A stretch of DNA of 64,000 nucleotides from an uncultured Verrucomicrobiae bacterium (GCA_963719495.1 CAVRCI010000012.1:1-64000); one strand, 5' to 3'; positions 18,580 to 29,444 are shown, counted from the first letter of the stretch. Numbers and translations: made by a program. The notes: generated from the letters alone by a model not told the origin.

Positions 18580-18595
18580 TGACCCTCGGGGTCAC

Positions 18596-18732
18596 CGTGA
18601 TTGGTGAATCGTGAATGGTGAATGGTGGGGTGAAATGCCCGCTCAAGGAGCGGCGATTTGCAATCGCCGAACCAACCCAAAGGCGAAGCCTCAAGAATCC
18701 CACCATTCACCATTCACCCCTCACCATTCACG
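18596..18732. repeat. Composite element: inverted GTGAATG/CATTCAC heptamer arrays enclosing a family-B hairpin
   Basis: GTGATTGGTGAATCGTGAATGGTGAATGGTG ... GGAGCGGCGATTTGCAATCGCCGAACC (18647) ... CACCATTCACCATTCACCCCTCACCATTCACG. Confidence 0.7.
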
Positions 18733-18743
18733 CCGTAACCGGC

Positions 18744-19211
18744 TCACACCACCTCAGTCCGCCGCGCACAGACCCGCACCAAATGCGCGTGCATCAGCAC
18801 CACCGGATCCCGCAACCGCGCCTCCGACGTGCACGCCGAGAACCGCACGGTTCCGAAGCTCCCCGGCTCGAAACAAAAAGCCACCTCGCAGTGCAGCCAC
18901 CGAAACGCCGCCACCTCCGAGTCCCGGTGCCGCCGCGACCGCATCACAAACCCGCTCGCCAACCGCACGATCGGCCCCGCCACTTCGTCGTCCCCCGCGT
19001 CCAGATCGAGCAACACATCCGCCGCATCCGTCATCGAAGCATCCCCCATCAGCGGCGTCACTTCGACCGACAATCGCCCCGCCTCCTCGCAGTCGAACTG
19101 CTCGACCATCGTCTCCTCGTCTCCCCGATCCACGTGTTCCCAGCAAGCTGGAAGGTAAAATCCAAACTCCCCCTTCACGTATTGCGCCACCTCGATCCCA
19201 GCTTCGTCCAT
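18744..19211 (-). CDS. Hypothetical protein (155 aa)
   Basis: ATG start, natural-looking composition, co-oriented downstream of ribF. No family recognised. Confidence 0.5.
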   Translation of the reverse strand: MDEAGIEVAQYVKGEFGFYLPACWEHVDRGDEETMVEQFDCEEAGRLSVEVTPLMGDASMTDAADVLLDLDAGDDEVAGPIVRLASGFVMRSRRHRDSEVAAFRWLHCEVAFCFEPGSFGTVRFSACTSEARLRDPVVLMHAHLVRVCARRTEVV

Positions 19212-19285
19212 CCGCCGAACCTACCCAAATCGCCTCCCCTGCAAAGCGCCGAAGCGAGTCACATCGCCAAGGAACCAAACCCGCC

Positions 19286-20227
19286 TCACCGCCCCGCCGC
19301 GGACGCCAGGATCTCCCGCGCCGCCCGGCTATCCGCCTCGATCTGCGTTCTCAGCGCCTCGATGCCATCAAATTTCCGCTCCCCCCGCAGAAATTCCACG
19401 AACGTCACCTCGACGTCCTGACCATAAAGATTCTCCGCAAAATCGAAGAGATGCACCTCGAGCGTCCGCTCCGCCCCACCCGCCGCCACGGTCGGCCGCA
19501 CCCCGATGTTGGCAACTCCCTCGCGGACGACGCCACCGACTACACACCGCACCACGTAAACCCCATCCGGCGGAAACTGCTCGTTGTGCACCCGCAGATT
19601 TGCCGTTGGGAATCCGATCGTCCGCCCCAGCTGCCGCCCGGCCTCGACCGTTCCCAGAATCGTGTAATCCCGTCCCAGGCACCGCCGCGCCGTCTCGAAA
19701 TCCCCCGCCTCCACCGCCCGCCGGATCCGCGTGCTGCTCACGGTCTCCCCGTCGACCTCCACTGGCTCCATGCCCGTCACCCGAAAATCCAGCTGCTCCC
19801 CCAACTCCCGCAACAACGCCACGTTCCCACTCCGCCCCCGCCCAAACGTCCACCGCTCCCCCACCGAAATCTGCCGCAGAGGTCGCGCGGCTCCCACCAA
19901 TGCCCGCACGAACTCCGTCGGCTCCTGCGCCGCAAACTCCGCGTCGAAACTCAGCACCAGCAGCGCGTCCAACCCCAACCCCGCCAGCAACCGAGCCTTG
20001 TGCGCCGTCGAAGTCAGCAGCCGAGGCGCCATCTCCGGCCGCAGCACCCGCGCCGGATGCGGATCGAAAGTCAGCACCACCGCGCTCCCCCCCAGCTCCG
20101 CCGCGTCCGACCGAGCCTGCCGGATCACCGACCGATGCCCCAGATGAACCCCATCGAACACTCCAATGCAGAGCACAACGGGCCCCGCAACCGAACCCAG
20201 CTCATCAATGGCACCAAAGGTCCGCAT
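19286..20227 (-). CDS. ribF: Bifunctional riboflavin kinase/FAD synthetase
   Basis: IGVFDGVHLGH, TFDPHP, VSSTRIR, GRTIGFPTAN, NIGVRPT, LEVHLFDF. Confidence 0.97.
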   Translation of the reverse strand: MRTFGAIDELGSVAGPVVLCIGVFDGVHLGHRSVIRQARSDAAELGGSAVVLTFDPHPARVLRPEMAPRLLTSTAHKARLLAGLGLDALLVLSFDAEFAAQEPTEFVRALVGAARPLRQISVGERWTFGRGRSGNVALLRELGEQLDFRVTGMEPVEVDGETVSSTRIRRAVEAGDFETARRCLGRDYTILGTVEAGRQLGRTIGFPTANLRVHNEQFPPDGVYVVRCVVGGVVREGVANIGVRPTVAAGGAERTLEVHLFDFAENLYGQDVEVTFVEFLRGERKFDGIEALRTQIEADSRAAREILASAAGR

Positions 20228-20275
20228 CGGACTTTACGACGTCCCGTGCCCGCGGCGTCCAGCCGCCCCCCACCC

Positions 20276-20306
20276 CCGGAGGGCGAGGCTCCCGCCGAGC
20301 CGTGGC
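20276..20306 (+). repeat. REP-like family A (CCGGAGGGCGAGGCTCCCGCCGAGCCGTGGC)
   Basis: Copies at 20276, 22105, 34047 and 61887, plus an inverted partner at about 61972-61997. Confidence 0.8.
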
Positions 20307-20373
20307 AAATCACCGACAGCGTCCGACCCCAAAAAAACCCTCCGCAAACCAAAACCCATCGTCACACCAACCT

Positions 20374-21096
20374 CTACGCCCCCCGCAACCGCGACACGTC
20401 CGGCAAAGTCAGCACCCGCCGCACGATCTCCTCGCGCGGCAAATTCTTCAGCTCGTCGATCGTGATCGCCCCGTCCGCGCTGAACCGCCCGCTCTTCGTC
20501 CGCCGAAGCGTCCGCAAATGAGCCCCGCAACCCAGCTCCTCCCCGATGTCGAACGCGTAGGTCCGCACGTAAAACCCTTTGCTGCACACCACCCGAAAAT
20601 CGATCTCCGGCAACCGCAACTTCAAAATCTCGTGCGCGTAGACGTGCACGAAGCGCGGCTCACGCTCCACCGTCTTCCCCTGCCGAGCCAGCTTGTAAAG
20701 CGGCACACCGTCTTTCTTGATCGCGCTCACCATCGGCGGCGTCTGGTAGAAATCGCCGTGAAATTTCGCGAACACCTCGTTGATTCGCTCCGCCGGCAGC
20801 TCCGGCACCTCCCGCGTGATCTCGATCTCGCCGTCCGCGTCCTGCGAGTTCGTCGTCTCCCCGAGCTTGAGCGTTCCGGCGTATTCCTTGTCCTCGCTCA
20901 TCAGCAGATCCTGGATCTTCGTGCCCCGCCCCAGCGTGATGAGCAACAGCCCGGTCGCCAGCGGATCCAACGTCCCGCAGTGGCCCACTTTCTTCATTCC
21001 CAACGCGCGCCGGGTGATCCCAACGACGTCGTGCGAGGTCATCCCGGGCGCCTTGTCGACGCACAAAACTCCATCAATCAACGTTTCCGACTTCAT
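20374..21096 (-). CDS. truB: tRNA pseudouridine(55) synthase
   Basis: DKAPGMTSHDVV, KVGHCGTLDPLATG, CSKGFYVRT. Start at MKSETLID. Confidence 0.97.
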   Translation of the reverse strand: MKSETLIDGVLCVDKAPGMTSHDVVGITRRALGMKKVGHCGTLDPLATGLLLITLGRGTKIQDLLMSEDKEYAGTLKLGETTNSQDADGEIEITREVPELPAERINEVFAKFHGDFYQTPPMVSAIKKDGVPLYKLARQGKTVEREPRFVHVYAHEILKLRLPEIDFRVVCSKGFYVRTYAFDIGEELGCGAHLRTLRRTKSGRFSADGAITIDELKNLPREEIVRRVLTLPDVSRLRGA

Positions 21097-22060
21097 TACA
21101 AATTGCTTCGAGAAAACGTCCCGCCACGTCCCGCAGATCGCCTTCGACCCGCGCCCCGGATGCCAGCGCGTGCCCGCCACCCCCAAACAACGCGCACACC
21201 GTGCAGACGTTCACCCGCACGTCCTTCGACCGCGCGCTGATCCGCACCATCCCGTCGCCCAAGTCCTCCAGAAACACCGCCGCGAGCACGCCCTCGACCG
21301 CCCGAAATTCGTCGATGATCCCCTCGCTGTCGTCCGGCTCCAACCCCAGCCGCACCGAATCCGCGTGCCGCAGCGCAAAACTCGCGACCCGGTCGCCGCA
21401 CGTAAACTCCGCCTCGTTCAACGCCAACCTCAACAACTCGAGCCGCCGCCGAGGCTGCTCGTCGTAGATCGCCTGCGACAGCTTCCCGACGTTCACGCCC
21501 GCCCGGATCAACGTCGCGCCGACCTCGAACGTCCGCGCGTTCGTGTTCATGTATTGAAACGAACCCGTGTCGGTCGAAATCGCGACGAACAAATTCGCCG
21601 CCATCTCCGCCGTGATCGCGATCCCCTGCGATTCGAAAAAATTGACCACGATCTGCCCCGTCGCCGGCGAATCGGCGTCGACGTGGTTCAGCGTCCCGAA
21701 CCCCTCGTTGCTGACGTGATGGTCCAGATTGATGAACTCCGACGGCTCATCGAGCGCCGCCAGCACGGACGGCCCCAACCGCTCCTTCACCGAGGTATCC
21801 AACGCCACAAAAACGTCGCACCGCACCTTCGACCCATCCGTCGGCGGCGTCGTCACGATCTGATGCTCCGGCAGAAACTCGTACTTCCTCGGCACCCCGT
21901 TCGCGTTCCACGCGATCACGTTCTTCCCGATCGACCGCAGCCAAAGCGCAAACGCAATCGTCGAACCCAGCGCATCCCCATCCGGCCGCAAATGACTCGC
22001 CACGATCACGGTTTCGGCGCGATCAATCGCCGCCCGAATCTCATCGAACGAAGCGCTCAA
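21074..22060 (-). CDS. nrnA: DHH/DHHA1 nanoRNase / pAp phosphatase
   Basis: SHLRPDGDALGS, LDHH, STDTGSF, GGGGHALASG. Probable TTG start at 22060. Confidence 0.92.
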   Translation of the reverse strand: MSASFDEIRAAIDRAETVIVASHLRPDGDALGSTIAFALWLRSIGKNVIAWNANGVPRKYEFLPEHQIVTTPPTDGSKVRCDVFVALDTSVKERLGPSVLAALDEPSEFINLDHHVSNEGFGTLNHVDADSPATGQIVVNFFESQGIAITAEMAANLFVAISTDTGSFQYMNTNARTFEVGATLIRAGVNVGKLSQAIYDEQPRRRLELLRLALNEAEFTCGDRVASFALRHADSVRLGLEPDDSEGIIDEFRAVEGVLAAVFLEDLGDGMVRISARSKDVRVNVCTVCALFGGGGHALASGARVEGDLRDVAGRFLEAICNEVGNVD

Positions 22061-22199
22061 AAGCCCCCCCCCTGGAGCGGCACCGAGCCGCAGGCGATCC
22101 AACCCCGGAGGGCGAGGCTCCCGCAGAGCCGTGGCCACCACGCCAATCCCACGCAACCCAAAACCCCGCGCCGTCCCGCCCCCATCGCCCCCGAACAAA

Positions 22200-22604
22200 T
22201 CACCGATCTTCCTCCTCGTCGGAATCCTCGTCGTCGAATTCCTCATCCAACCGCACGGGCCCCTGAGCCTTCAACCCCAACTCCTCCATCACCTCGAGCA
22301 CCCGCGTCCCCCGCTCGATCGAATCATCCAATTTGAAATTCAGGTGCGGCGTGTGCTTGAGCGTCACCCGCTTCGTCAGCTCATGCTGAAGCGGCGTCCG
22401 GTTCCGCTCGAGTTCCTCCATGGCCTTCCGCCGATCCGCCGGACTCCCCAACACGCTCACGAAAACGTGCGCCTGCTTGAGATCGGGCGTGATGTCCACG
22501 CCACTCACCGTCACGAGCGCGGTCCCAAACTGCAGGTCGCGCACGAGAATTGTCCCCAATTCCCGCTTGAGCAATTCGCAGACGCGTTGGAGTCGGAGGT
22601 TCAT
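22200..22604 (-). CDS. rbfA: Ribosome-binding factor A
   Basis: VTVSGVDITPDLKQAHVFVS, LKHTPHLNFKLD. Confidence 0.95.
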   Translation of the reverse strand: MNLRLQRVCELLKRELGTILVRDLQFGTALVTVSGVDITPDLKQAHVFVSVLGSPADRRKAMEELERNRTPLQHELTKRVTLKHTPHLNFKLDDSIERGTRVLEVMEELGLKAQGPVRLDEEFDDEDSDEEEDR

Positions 22605-22643
22605 GATCGGCGGATGCGCCCCGCGGGAGGCGATGCTCAGGAA

Positions 22644-24875
22644 TTAAAGGGTCTGCGCGAACTTTTCGAGCGTGTAAGCCTCGATGACGTCACCGACTTC
22701 GTAATCGGTGTAATTGCCCAGCTTGATACCGCACTCGAGACCGGCGCGCACTTCCTTGACCTCGTCCTGGAAGCGTCGCAGCGTCGCGAGTCCCCCGTCG
22801 TAGACCGACTGCTTGCCACGCAGCACGCGAGCCCGGGCATTCCGGGGAATCCGGCCATCGGTGACCATGCAACCAGCGACCTTGCCGCGGGACAATCCGA
22901 AGACCTGCTTGATGTCGGCGTGGCCGACAACGGACTCGCGCAGCTCGGGATCGAGCAATCCAGCCATCGCCTCCTTCACCTGATCGAGCAACTCGTAGAT
23001 GACGCTGTAAAGTTTCACCTGCACGTTCTCCCGGCGTCCCGACGACACCGCACCGGAGTCCATCTTCACGCCAAATCCGATCACCACCGCGTCGGAAGCG
23101 CTCGCGAGCATGATGTCCGACTCGGTCACGGGACCCGCCGCCGAGTGGATGATCCGCAGCGAAATCTTGTCGCTCTCGATTTCGTTCAACGATCCGATGA
23201 TGGCTTCGAGCGTACCCTGCACGTCGGCTTTGAGGATGACCGGGAACGTTTTCTTGGCGTCCGCGGCGATGTTGTCGAAGAGGCTCTCGAGCGTCGCCCG
23301 CTGCGGCGCGGCCAATTTTTCGGCCCGGTCCGCGTGAATCCGCTCCTCACTCAGAGCGCGCGCGATCTTCTCGGATTCCATCACGAGCAATTCGTCGCCC
23401 GACCGCGGCAATCCGGTCAGTCCCAGCACCTTCACTGGCGTCGCGGGGCCGGCCGACTTCATCGGCTTGCCCTTGTCGTCGATCAGCTGCTTCACCTTGC
23501 CCCAGTAATTTCCGCAGATGAACGCCTGCCCGCTCTTCAGCGTGCCGGAGTTCACGATCACCGTCGCCGTCGGCCCACGGCCCGGCTCGGTTTGCGCCTC
23601 GATCACGGTGCAACGCGGGTCCGCCGTCGGGCTGGCTTTGAGCTCCAGCACCTCGGCCTGCAACAGCAGGTTCTCGAGCAGATTGTCGATGCCCGTTCCC
23701 TTGATGGCGGAGACCTCGCAACACATGATGTCGCCGCCCCAATCCTCGGGGTTGAGCTCGTGCTCCTGGAGCTGCCCCTTGACTCGGTCGACGTTCGCGC
23801 CGGGCAGGTCGACTTTGTTGATCGCCACCACGAGGGTGACGCCCGCCGCTTTGGCGTGGTTGATCGCCTCGATCGTCTGCGGCATCAGGCCGTCGTCGGC
23901 CGCCACCACGATCACGACGATATCGGTGACCGTCGCCCCGCGAGCCCGCATCGCCGTGAAGGCGGCGTGGCCGGGAGTGTCCAAAAATGTGATCGTCGAA
24001 TCCTTGTGCGGCACGCTGTAGGCACCGATGTGCTGCGTGATGCCGCCAGCTTCTCCGACCGTGACCCGCGACTTGCGGATCGCGTCCAGGAGCGAAGTTT
24101 TACCGTGGTCGACGTGACCCATGAACGTGATCACGGGTGCGCGCGTCTTCAGTTCCCCCACGTCGATCTCCACGGGCTCGGTGGGCGCTTCGATGACGAC
24201 CGGCTCGGGCTTGTGAACGCCCTTGGTCGGATCGCGCTTCTCGCGCTCGAAAATCGCTCCGTGTTTGTCGCAAATCTTGAACGCGATGTCGGCTTCGACC
24301 GGCTGGTTGATCGAAGCGAAGATGTTCAGCTCCATCAGGTCCGCGATCAGCTGGAAGGGCTTGAGCCCCAGCGCTTCGGCGAGGTCCTTGACGATGATCG
24401 GCGGCTTGAGGTGGACGATCTTCTTCCCGTCTTCGCTGACTTCTTCCTCTTCGGCTTCGGCGGCGACCTCTTCGGTCGGCTCGGGCTCGGCGGCGGGCTG
24501 GACCTTGCTCGATTTCGGAGAAAGCAGGTCGAGGGCGGCAGCCGGCTTCGGTTTGGCGGTCGGTTTCTCTTCCTCCTTCGCGACGACGACGGGTTTCGGT
24601 TTCGGCGCGGCGGGAGCGGCAATTTTGCTGATCGGAGGCAGGGTCGTCGAGCCCTTGGCTTCGGCGTCGGGATCGACCTTGCGAACTTTTTTGACCTTCG
24701 GGTCGATCAGCGAAACGGTCTCGGCCTTGGGAGCCTTCTCCGCGGCGGGCTCGGCTGTGGGATCGGCGGCTGGCGCTTTGCCAGCGGCGGCTGCTGCGGT
24801 GGATTTACGGGCGGCGGCGCGCTTCGCCGTGGACGAGCGGGCTGCGGTCTTGGTGGTGCTGACTTTGGATGCCAT
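22644..24875 (-). CDS. infB: Translation initiation factor IF-2
   Basis: GHVDHGKTSLLD, GGITQHIGAY, DTPGHAAF, NKVD. Confidence 0.99.
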   Translation of the reverse strand: MASKVSTTKTAARSSTAKRAAARKSTAAAAAGKAPAADPTAEPAAEKAPKAETVSLIDPKVKKVRKVDPDAEAKGSTTLPPISKIAAPAAPKPKPVVVAKEEEKPTAKPKPAAALDLLSPKSSKVQPAAEPEPTEEVAAEAEEEEVSEDGKKIVHLKPPIIVKDLAEALGLKPFQLIADLMELNIFASINQPVEADIAFKICDKHGAIFEREKRDPTKGVHKPEPVVIEAPTEPVEIDVGELKTRAPVITFMGHVDHGKTSLLDAIRKSRVTVGEAGGITQHIGAYSVPHKDSTITFLDTPGHAAFTAMRARGATVTDIVVIVVAADDGLMPQTIEAINHAKAAGVTLVVAINKVDLPGANVDRVKGQLQEHELNPEDWGGDIMCCEVSAIKGTGIDNLLENLLLQAEVLELKASPTADPRCTVIEAQTEPGRGPTATVIVNSGTLKSGQAFICGNYWGKVKQLIDDKGKPMKSAGPATPVKVLGLTGLPRSGDELLVMESEKIARALSEERIHADRAEKLAAPQRATLESLFDNIAADAKKTFPVILKADVQGTLEAIIGSLNEIESDKISLRIIHSAAGPVTESDIMLASASDAVVIGFGVKMDSGAVSSGRRENVQVKLYSVIYELLDQVKEAMAGLLDPELRESVVGHADIKQVFGLSRGKVAGCMVTDGRIPRNARARVLRGKQSVYDGGLATLRRFQDEVKEVRAGLECGIKLGNYTDYEVGDVIEAYTLEKFAQTL

Positions 24876-24915
24876 TGAAATTTTCTTGGGTCGAACGTGT
24901 CTTCATGACGACACG

Positions 24916-26187
24916 TCAGGCGACGGCGGGATCGCCAGCCGGGGTATTGAGTTTGATTGCTTCGTCCAGGATGCGTTGCCCGGCTTCTTCGTCGCAGCCG
25001 AGCACGCCGGCGATGTCGTCGGGTCCAGCCGAGGCGATCACCTCCGCGGAGATCATTCCGGCCGCGGCGAGGGTGTCGGCCTGTTCCTGCGACACGCCAA
25101 GTTGGTCGGCCAGCGAGGAGGCCGCCTCCGCCTTCTGGTTTTCCATGGCCTGTTCGGCCGTGCGGTCTTCCTGAATGTCGATGTCCCAGCCGGTGATCTT
25201 CGCGGTCAGGCGGGCGTTTTGCCCCTTGCGACCGATGGCTTGGGAAAGCTCTTCCTTGCCCACGATCACGGTGATGCGTTTCTCTTCGTGGTTGAGCGTG
25301 ATCGACCGGAGCTGCGCGGGCTTGAGCGCCTCTTTCACGAGCTCTTCCGGATCGTCGTACCAACGAATGATGTCGACCTTCTCGTTGTTCAGCTCGCGGA
25401 CGATGTTCTTCACCCGGGCGCCGCGCATGCCGACGCAGGCGCCGACGGGATCGACTTTGCCGTCGGAACTGTGGACTGCAACTTTCGTGCGGGCGCCAGC
25501 CTCGCGGGCGATGACCTTCAGCTCGACCGTGCGGTCGGCGATCTCGCTCACCTCGACCTCGAAGAGACGGCGGACGAAATTCGGATGACTGCGCGAGAGG
25601 ATGATCTCGGGGCCGCGAAGGCCATTTTCGACGGCCACGACGTAGGCGCGGATCCGGTCGCCGATGGAATACTCTTCGGTCGGCACCCGCTCGCGGGAGT
25701 GCATGATGCCCTCGAATTTCCCGAGATCCACGATCACGTCGGATCGCTCGAAGCGCCGCACCGTGCCGCTGACGATCTCGCCCGCCCGGTCCTTGAACTC
25801 CTCGTACATCATGTCCTTCTCGACCTGACGAATGCGCTGCATGATCGCCTGGCGCGCGGTCTGCGCGGCGATGCGACCGAAATCACGGGGCGTGACCTCG
25901 ATTTCGATTTCTTCGCCGACAGCGGCATCCGCTTTGATCTGGCGCGCCTTCGAGAGCGAAATCTGCTCCTGCGGGACGGTCACCTTCTCGGCAACGATGG
26001 GCTTCGCGAAAGCCTTGATCTGGCCGGTCTTCGGATTGATGTCGATCCGCAGCTCGCGGGCGATGGAAAAGGACTTCTTCGACGCCGTGAGGAGCGCCTC
26101 GGCGATCGCTTCGATGAGCACGTCACGGCCAATGCCTTTCTCGCGCTCGAGGTAGTCGAGCATGGTGAGCAACTCAGATGCGTTCAT
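24916..26187 (-). CDS. nusA: Transcription termination factor NusA
   Basis: FGRIAAQTARQ, S1 and KH domains, DPVGACVGMRG, AIGRKGQNARL. Start at MNASELL. Confidence 0.98.
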   Translation of the reverse strand: MNASELLTMLDYLEREKGIGRDVLIEAIAEALLTASKKSFSIARELRIDINPKTGQIKAFAKPIVAEKVTVPQEQISLSKARQIKADAAVGEEIEIEVTPRDFGRIAAQTARQAIMQRIRQVEKDMMYEEFKDRAGEIVSGTVRRFERSDVIVDLGKFEGIMHSRERVPTEEYSIGDRIRAYVVAVENGLRGPEIILSRSHPNFVRRLFEVEVSEIADRTVELKVIAREAGARTKVAVHSSDGKVDPVGACVGMRGARVKNIVRELNNEKVDIIRWYDDPEELVKEALKPAQLRSITLNHEEKRITVIVGKEELSQAIGRKGQNARLTAKITGWDIDIQEDRTAEQAMENQKAEAASSLADQLGVSQEQADTLAAAGMISAEVIASAGPDDIAGVLGCDEEAGQRILDEAIKLNTPAGDPAVA

Positions 26188-26374
26188 ACAAAAATTATGG
26201 GATAGGTCGGTGGTGGGACCGCGTTGGGCGGAACGTTCAACTATGCAGAGCCCTCCCATACCGGTCAAGTCACCAGACGGACCCGCCACCGATCGCCCGG
26301 ACCGGCAAAGACCTGCCTCCCGAGTTTGGAATTGAGGAACGCGTAAAACCCTCTAATTATAGAGTTTTCCCGAC

Positions 26375-29300
26375 ATGTTCCCACGCACCCTCCCCATCTT
26401 CGCCGCCACCTTCGGCCTCGCCCTCCTCACCCTGCTCCCCGGAGTTCTCGCGCAGAGCGGCCCCGAAGCCGCCAACCAGGCAGCCTACGCGCTCTATCTC
26501 GCGGGCGACTACGAGAATGCCGCCGCCGCCTACGAGACGGTCCTCGAAAACTACCCGACCTCCTCGATCGTCCCGAATGCCCAACTCCAGCTGGCCTACT
26601 CCTACTTCGCCATCACCGAATACGCGAAGGCCGAGGCGATCCTGAAAAAACTCCTCGATGGTCCGCCCTCGCCACCCGCCCTCGACCAGGCCGCCCGGTC
26701 GCTCCTTCCCCAGGTCCTCTCCGCCCAAGCCTCGACTCTCGACCCGGGCGCTCCCGCCCGCAAATCCGGCTACGAAGCCGCCATCAAGGGCTTCACCGAT
26801 TTCCTCAAAGCCTTCCCGCAATCCGCCGAGACCGAGCCCGTCGTCTACGGACGCGCCCTCGCGAATTTCCAGCTCGGCAACTACGACGATGCCATCAAGG
26901 ACCTCGAGGCCAACATCAAGGCGTTCGGCTCCAGCTCCACTATCACCCAGAGCCGCAATCTCCTCGCCCTCGCCTACGCCACCCAGGGCAGCCGCGAGTT
27001 GAACCAAGGTGACTCCGCCGACCGCGACGCCGCCTTCGCCGCCTACAACCAGGCCATCGAAATCCTGAACGGCATCATCGAAAGCCGCGCCGACCTCACG
27101 CTCATCAACGACGCGGAATTCCAACTCGGCGAGATCCTCTTCAACCTCGCGGCCTTCAGCGACGAAGACAAACGTCCCCCCCTCTACGACCAGGCCCTCG
27201 AAGCCTACCGCAACGTCCTGCCCAAGGACGAAATCATCACCCTCCAGACCAAGCGCCTCGCGTCCTTCCCCGAACTCCGCAAGGAAGCCCTCAAAGCGGG
27301 CGACCAGCAACTCCTCGAGCGCCTGAACATCGACAACGAGCGTGAAGTCAAACGACTCGCCTCCCTCCAGGCCCGACCCGACCAGACGACGCCCGCGATG
27401 CTGAAAATGGCGCAGATTTTCTTCAACCAGGGCCGACTGAATGCCTCCCGCGTCCTCCTTACCCACCTCGATCCCTTTCTGGAGGCCGAAAACGAGAAGA
27501 AGACCGCCCTCTACTACTCGGCGATGACCTACGCCATGCAGAACGTCGCCGACCGCGCCGTTCCCGCCTACGACGAGTTTCAATCCAAATACAAGGGCGA
27601 CCCCATCGCGCAGAATCTCCCCCTCGTCGTCGGCAATCTCTTCCTCGGCGCCAACGATCCCCAGAAGGCCGCCGACTACTTCAACCAATCGCTCGAGATC
27701 TACCCCGACGGTCGTTTCGCCGGTCTCAGCGCCGTCAGCCGCGCCACCGCCCTCAGTCGCCTCGGCAAAGCCGACGAAGCCTTCAAAACCTTCCAGGATT
27801 TCCTCGCGAAGAACCCCAACCCCAACGAAGGCGTCGTCGCCCAGATGGGACTCGCCGGCATCCTCAAGGACACCCAGAAGTGGGACGACGCCATCGCCGC
27901 CTACCGCACCGCGATCGAGAAATACCCGAAGATGCCCCAGATCGTCGAAGCCGAGTTCTGGATCGCCTTTGCCACCCAGCAAAAAGGCGAGAACGCCGCC
28001 GCCATCCCCCTTTTCAAGACCTTCATCGCCGAGCACCCCGACAGCTCCCTCATGGCGACCGCCCTCTACTCGCTCGCCACCGCGCAGCTCGCCACCGGCG
28101 ACCAGGCCAGCGGCGTCGCGACCCTCACCGAGATCGCCGAAAACTTCCCGGACAGCCGCCCCGCCCCCTTCACTTACTTCCAGCGCGCCCAGATCGCCTC
28201 CGCCGAAGGGAAGAAGGACGAAATGCTCACCCTCATGCGCGACTTCATCGCCGCCTACCCCGAGGACGACAAACTCTTCTTCGCCTACGACTCCATCGCA
28301 AACACCGCCCTCACCGACGGCGAACCCGCCAAAGCCGTCGAGGCCTACCAGGAATTCGCGACGAAGAATGCCGACAACCCCCGCGCCCCCGAAGCCCTCT
28401 TGAAGATCGCCGGCCTCCAGCGAGCCGCCGCCGAGCGCCTCGGACGTTTCGCCGCCATGCCCGCCGCCGACCAGGCCACCTACCGCGCGCAGATCGAGGC
28501 CTCCATCGCCACCGGCGAGAACCTCGTCCAGAAATTCCCCGACAGTCCGCAGGTCGCCACCGCCCTCGCCAACCTCCTCGCCGCCCAGCGCCTCCTCGTC
28601 GCCGCCGAGATCAAGCAACCCGCCGACATCGAATCCTACTTCCGCCAACTCGCTGAAAATTCCCCACCCGCCGTCGGCAGCAAAGCCCTCTTCACCCTCG
28701 CATCCTACCTCGCCGAGAACGACCCCGCCCTCGCGCTCGAGACCATGGACAACGCCTACGACCCCGCCCTCACCTACTCCGCCACCGACCTCGACGTCTA
28801 CGGCCTCGCCCTCATCGAAAGCGGCGAAATCGAAGCAGCCGCCGCGATCTACGACAAAATCGCCGCCGACTACCCGCTCGTCCCCAACACCCAGCCCACC
28901 CCCGAGGTCTACTACGCCCAAGCCATCGCCCTCTTCGGCAAAGGCCGCGTCGCTCAGGCCAACGGCAAGGACGCCGAAGCCGGCCAACTCTTCGCGCAGC
29001 TGACATCGACCTACCCCGCCTCACCCAAGGTCCTGGAGGCGAAATACGGCAACGCCGAAGGCCTCGTCGCCGAGCAGAAATACGACGAAGCCCTCGCGAT
29101 CCTCACCCAGATCGTCCGCGAGCCCAACGCCACCGCCGACCTCCGAGCCGATAGCATGCTCCTCATCGGCGACGTCTACGCGGCTCAGGACCAGATCGAA
29201 TCCGCCATCGACTCCTACATCAAGATCGCCCAATTCTATCAAGGCGTCCCCAAACAAGCCGGCCAGGGCCTCTGGCGCGGCGGCCAACTCCTCGAGAAGC

Positions 29301-29443
29301 AAGCCGCCGGCCTCACCGACGCCAACGCCAAAAAGAACGCGATCACCAACGCCCGCCGAGCCTACCAGGACCTGGTGAGCCAGTTCCCCAACTCCGAACA
29401 CGCCGCCGAAGCCAAAGCCCGCCTAGCCGCCCTCCCACAATAA
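26375..29443 (+). CDS. Large exported tetratricopeptide-repeat protein (BamD/CpoB-like TPRs)
   Basis: Signal peptide followed by many TPR units of the 'Y..YP.S...A' type. Confidence 0.85.
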   Translation: MFPRTLPIFAATFGLALLTLLPGVLAQSGPEAANQAAYALYLAGDYENAAAAYETVLENYPTSSIVPNAQLQLAYSYFAITEYAKAEAILKKLLDGPPSPPALDQAARSLLPQVLSAQASTLDPGAPARKSGYEAAIKGFTDFLKAFPQSAETEPVVYGRALANFQLGNYDDAIKDLEANIKAFGSSSTITQSRNLLALAYATQGSRELNQGDSADRDAAFAAYNQAIEILNGIIESRADLTLINDAEFQLGEILFNLAAFSDEDKRPPLYDQALEAYRNVLPKDEIITLQTKRLASFPELRKEALKAGDQQLLERLNIDNEREVKRLASLQARPDQTTPAMLKMAQIFFNQGRLNASRVLLTHLDPFLEAENEKKTALYYSAMTYAMQNVADRAVPAYDEFQSKYKGDPIAQNLPLVVGNLFLGANDPQKAADYFNQSLEIYPDGRFAGLSAVSRATALSRLGKADEAFKTFQDFLAKNPNPNEGVVAQMGLAGILKDTQKWDDAIAAYRTAIEKYPKMPQIVEAEFWIAFATQQKGENAAAIPLFKTFIAEHPDSSLMATALYSLATAQLATGDQASGVATLTEIAENFPDSRPAPFTYFQRAQIASAEGKKDEMLTLMRDFIAAYPEDDKLFFAYDSIANTALTDGEPAKAVEAYQEFATKNADNPRAPEALLKIAGLQRAAAERLGRFAAMPAADQATYRAQIEASIATGENLVQKFPDSPQVATALANLLAAQRLLVAAEIKQPADIESYFRQLAENSPPAVGSKALFTLASYLAENDPALALETMDNAYDPALTYSATDLDVYGLALIESGEIEAAAAIYDKIAADYPLVPNTQPTPEVYYAQAIALFGKGRVAQANGKDAEAGQLFAQLTSTYPASPKVLEAKYGNAEGLVAEQKYDEALAILTQIVREPNATADLRADSMLLIGDVYAAQDQIESAIDSYIKIAQFYQGVPKQAGQGLWRGGQLLEKQAAGLTDANAKKNAITNARRAYQDLVSQFPNSEHAAEAKARLAALPQ

Positions 29444-29444
29444 A

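Noticed and set aside
18611..21240. Long Pro/Arg-rich + strand ORFs
   Set aside because: Low-complexity products of C-skewed DNA opposite ribF and truB.
16422..26187. Missing ispA between xseB and dxs, and missing rimP before nusA
   Set aside because: To my knowledge these are ordinary arrangements in this lineage, and no pseudogene remnants are visible.
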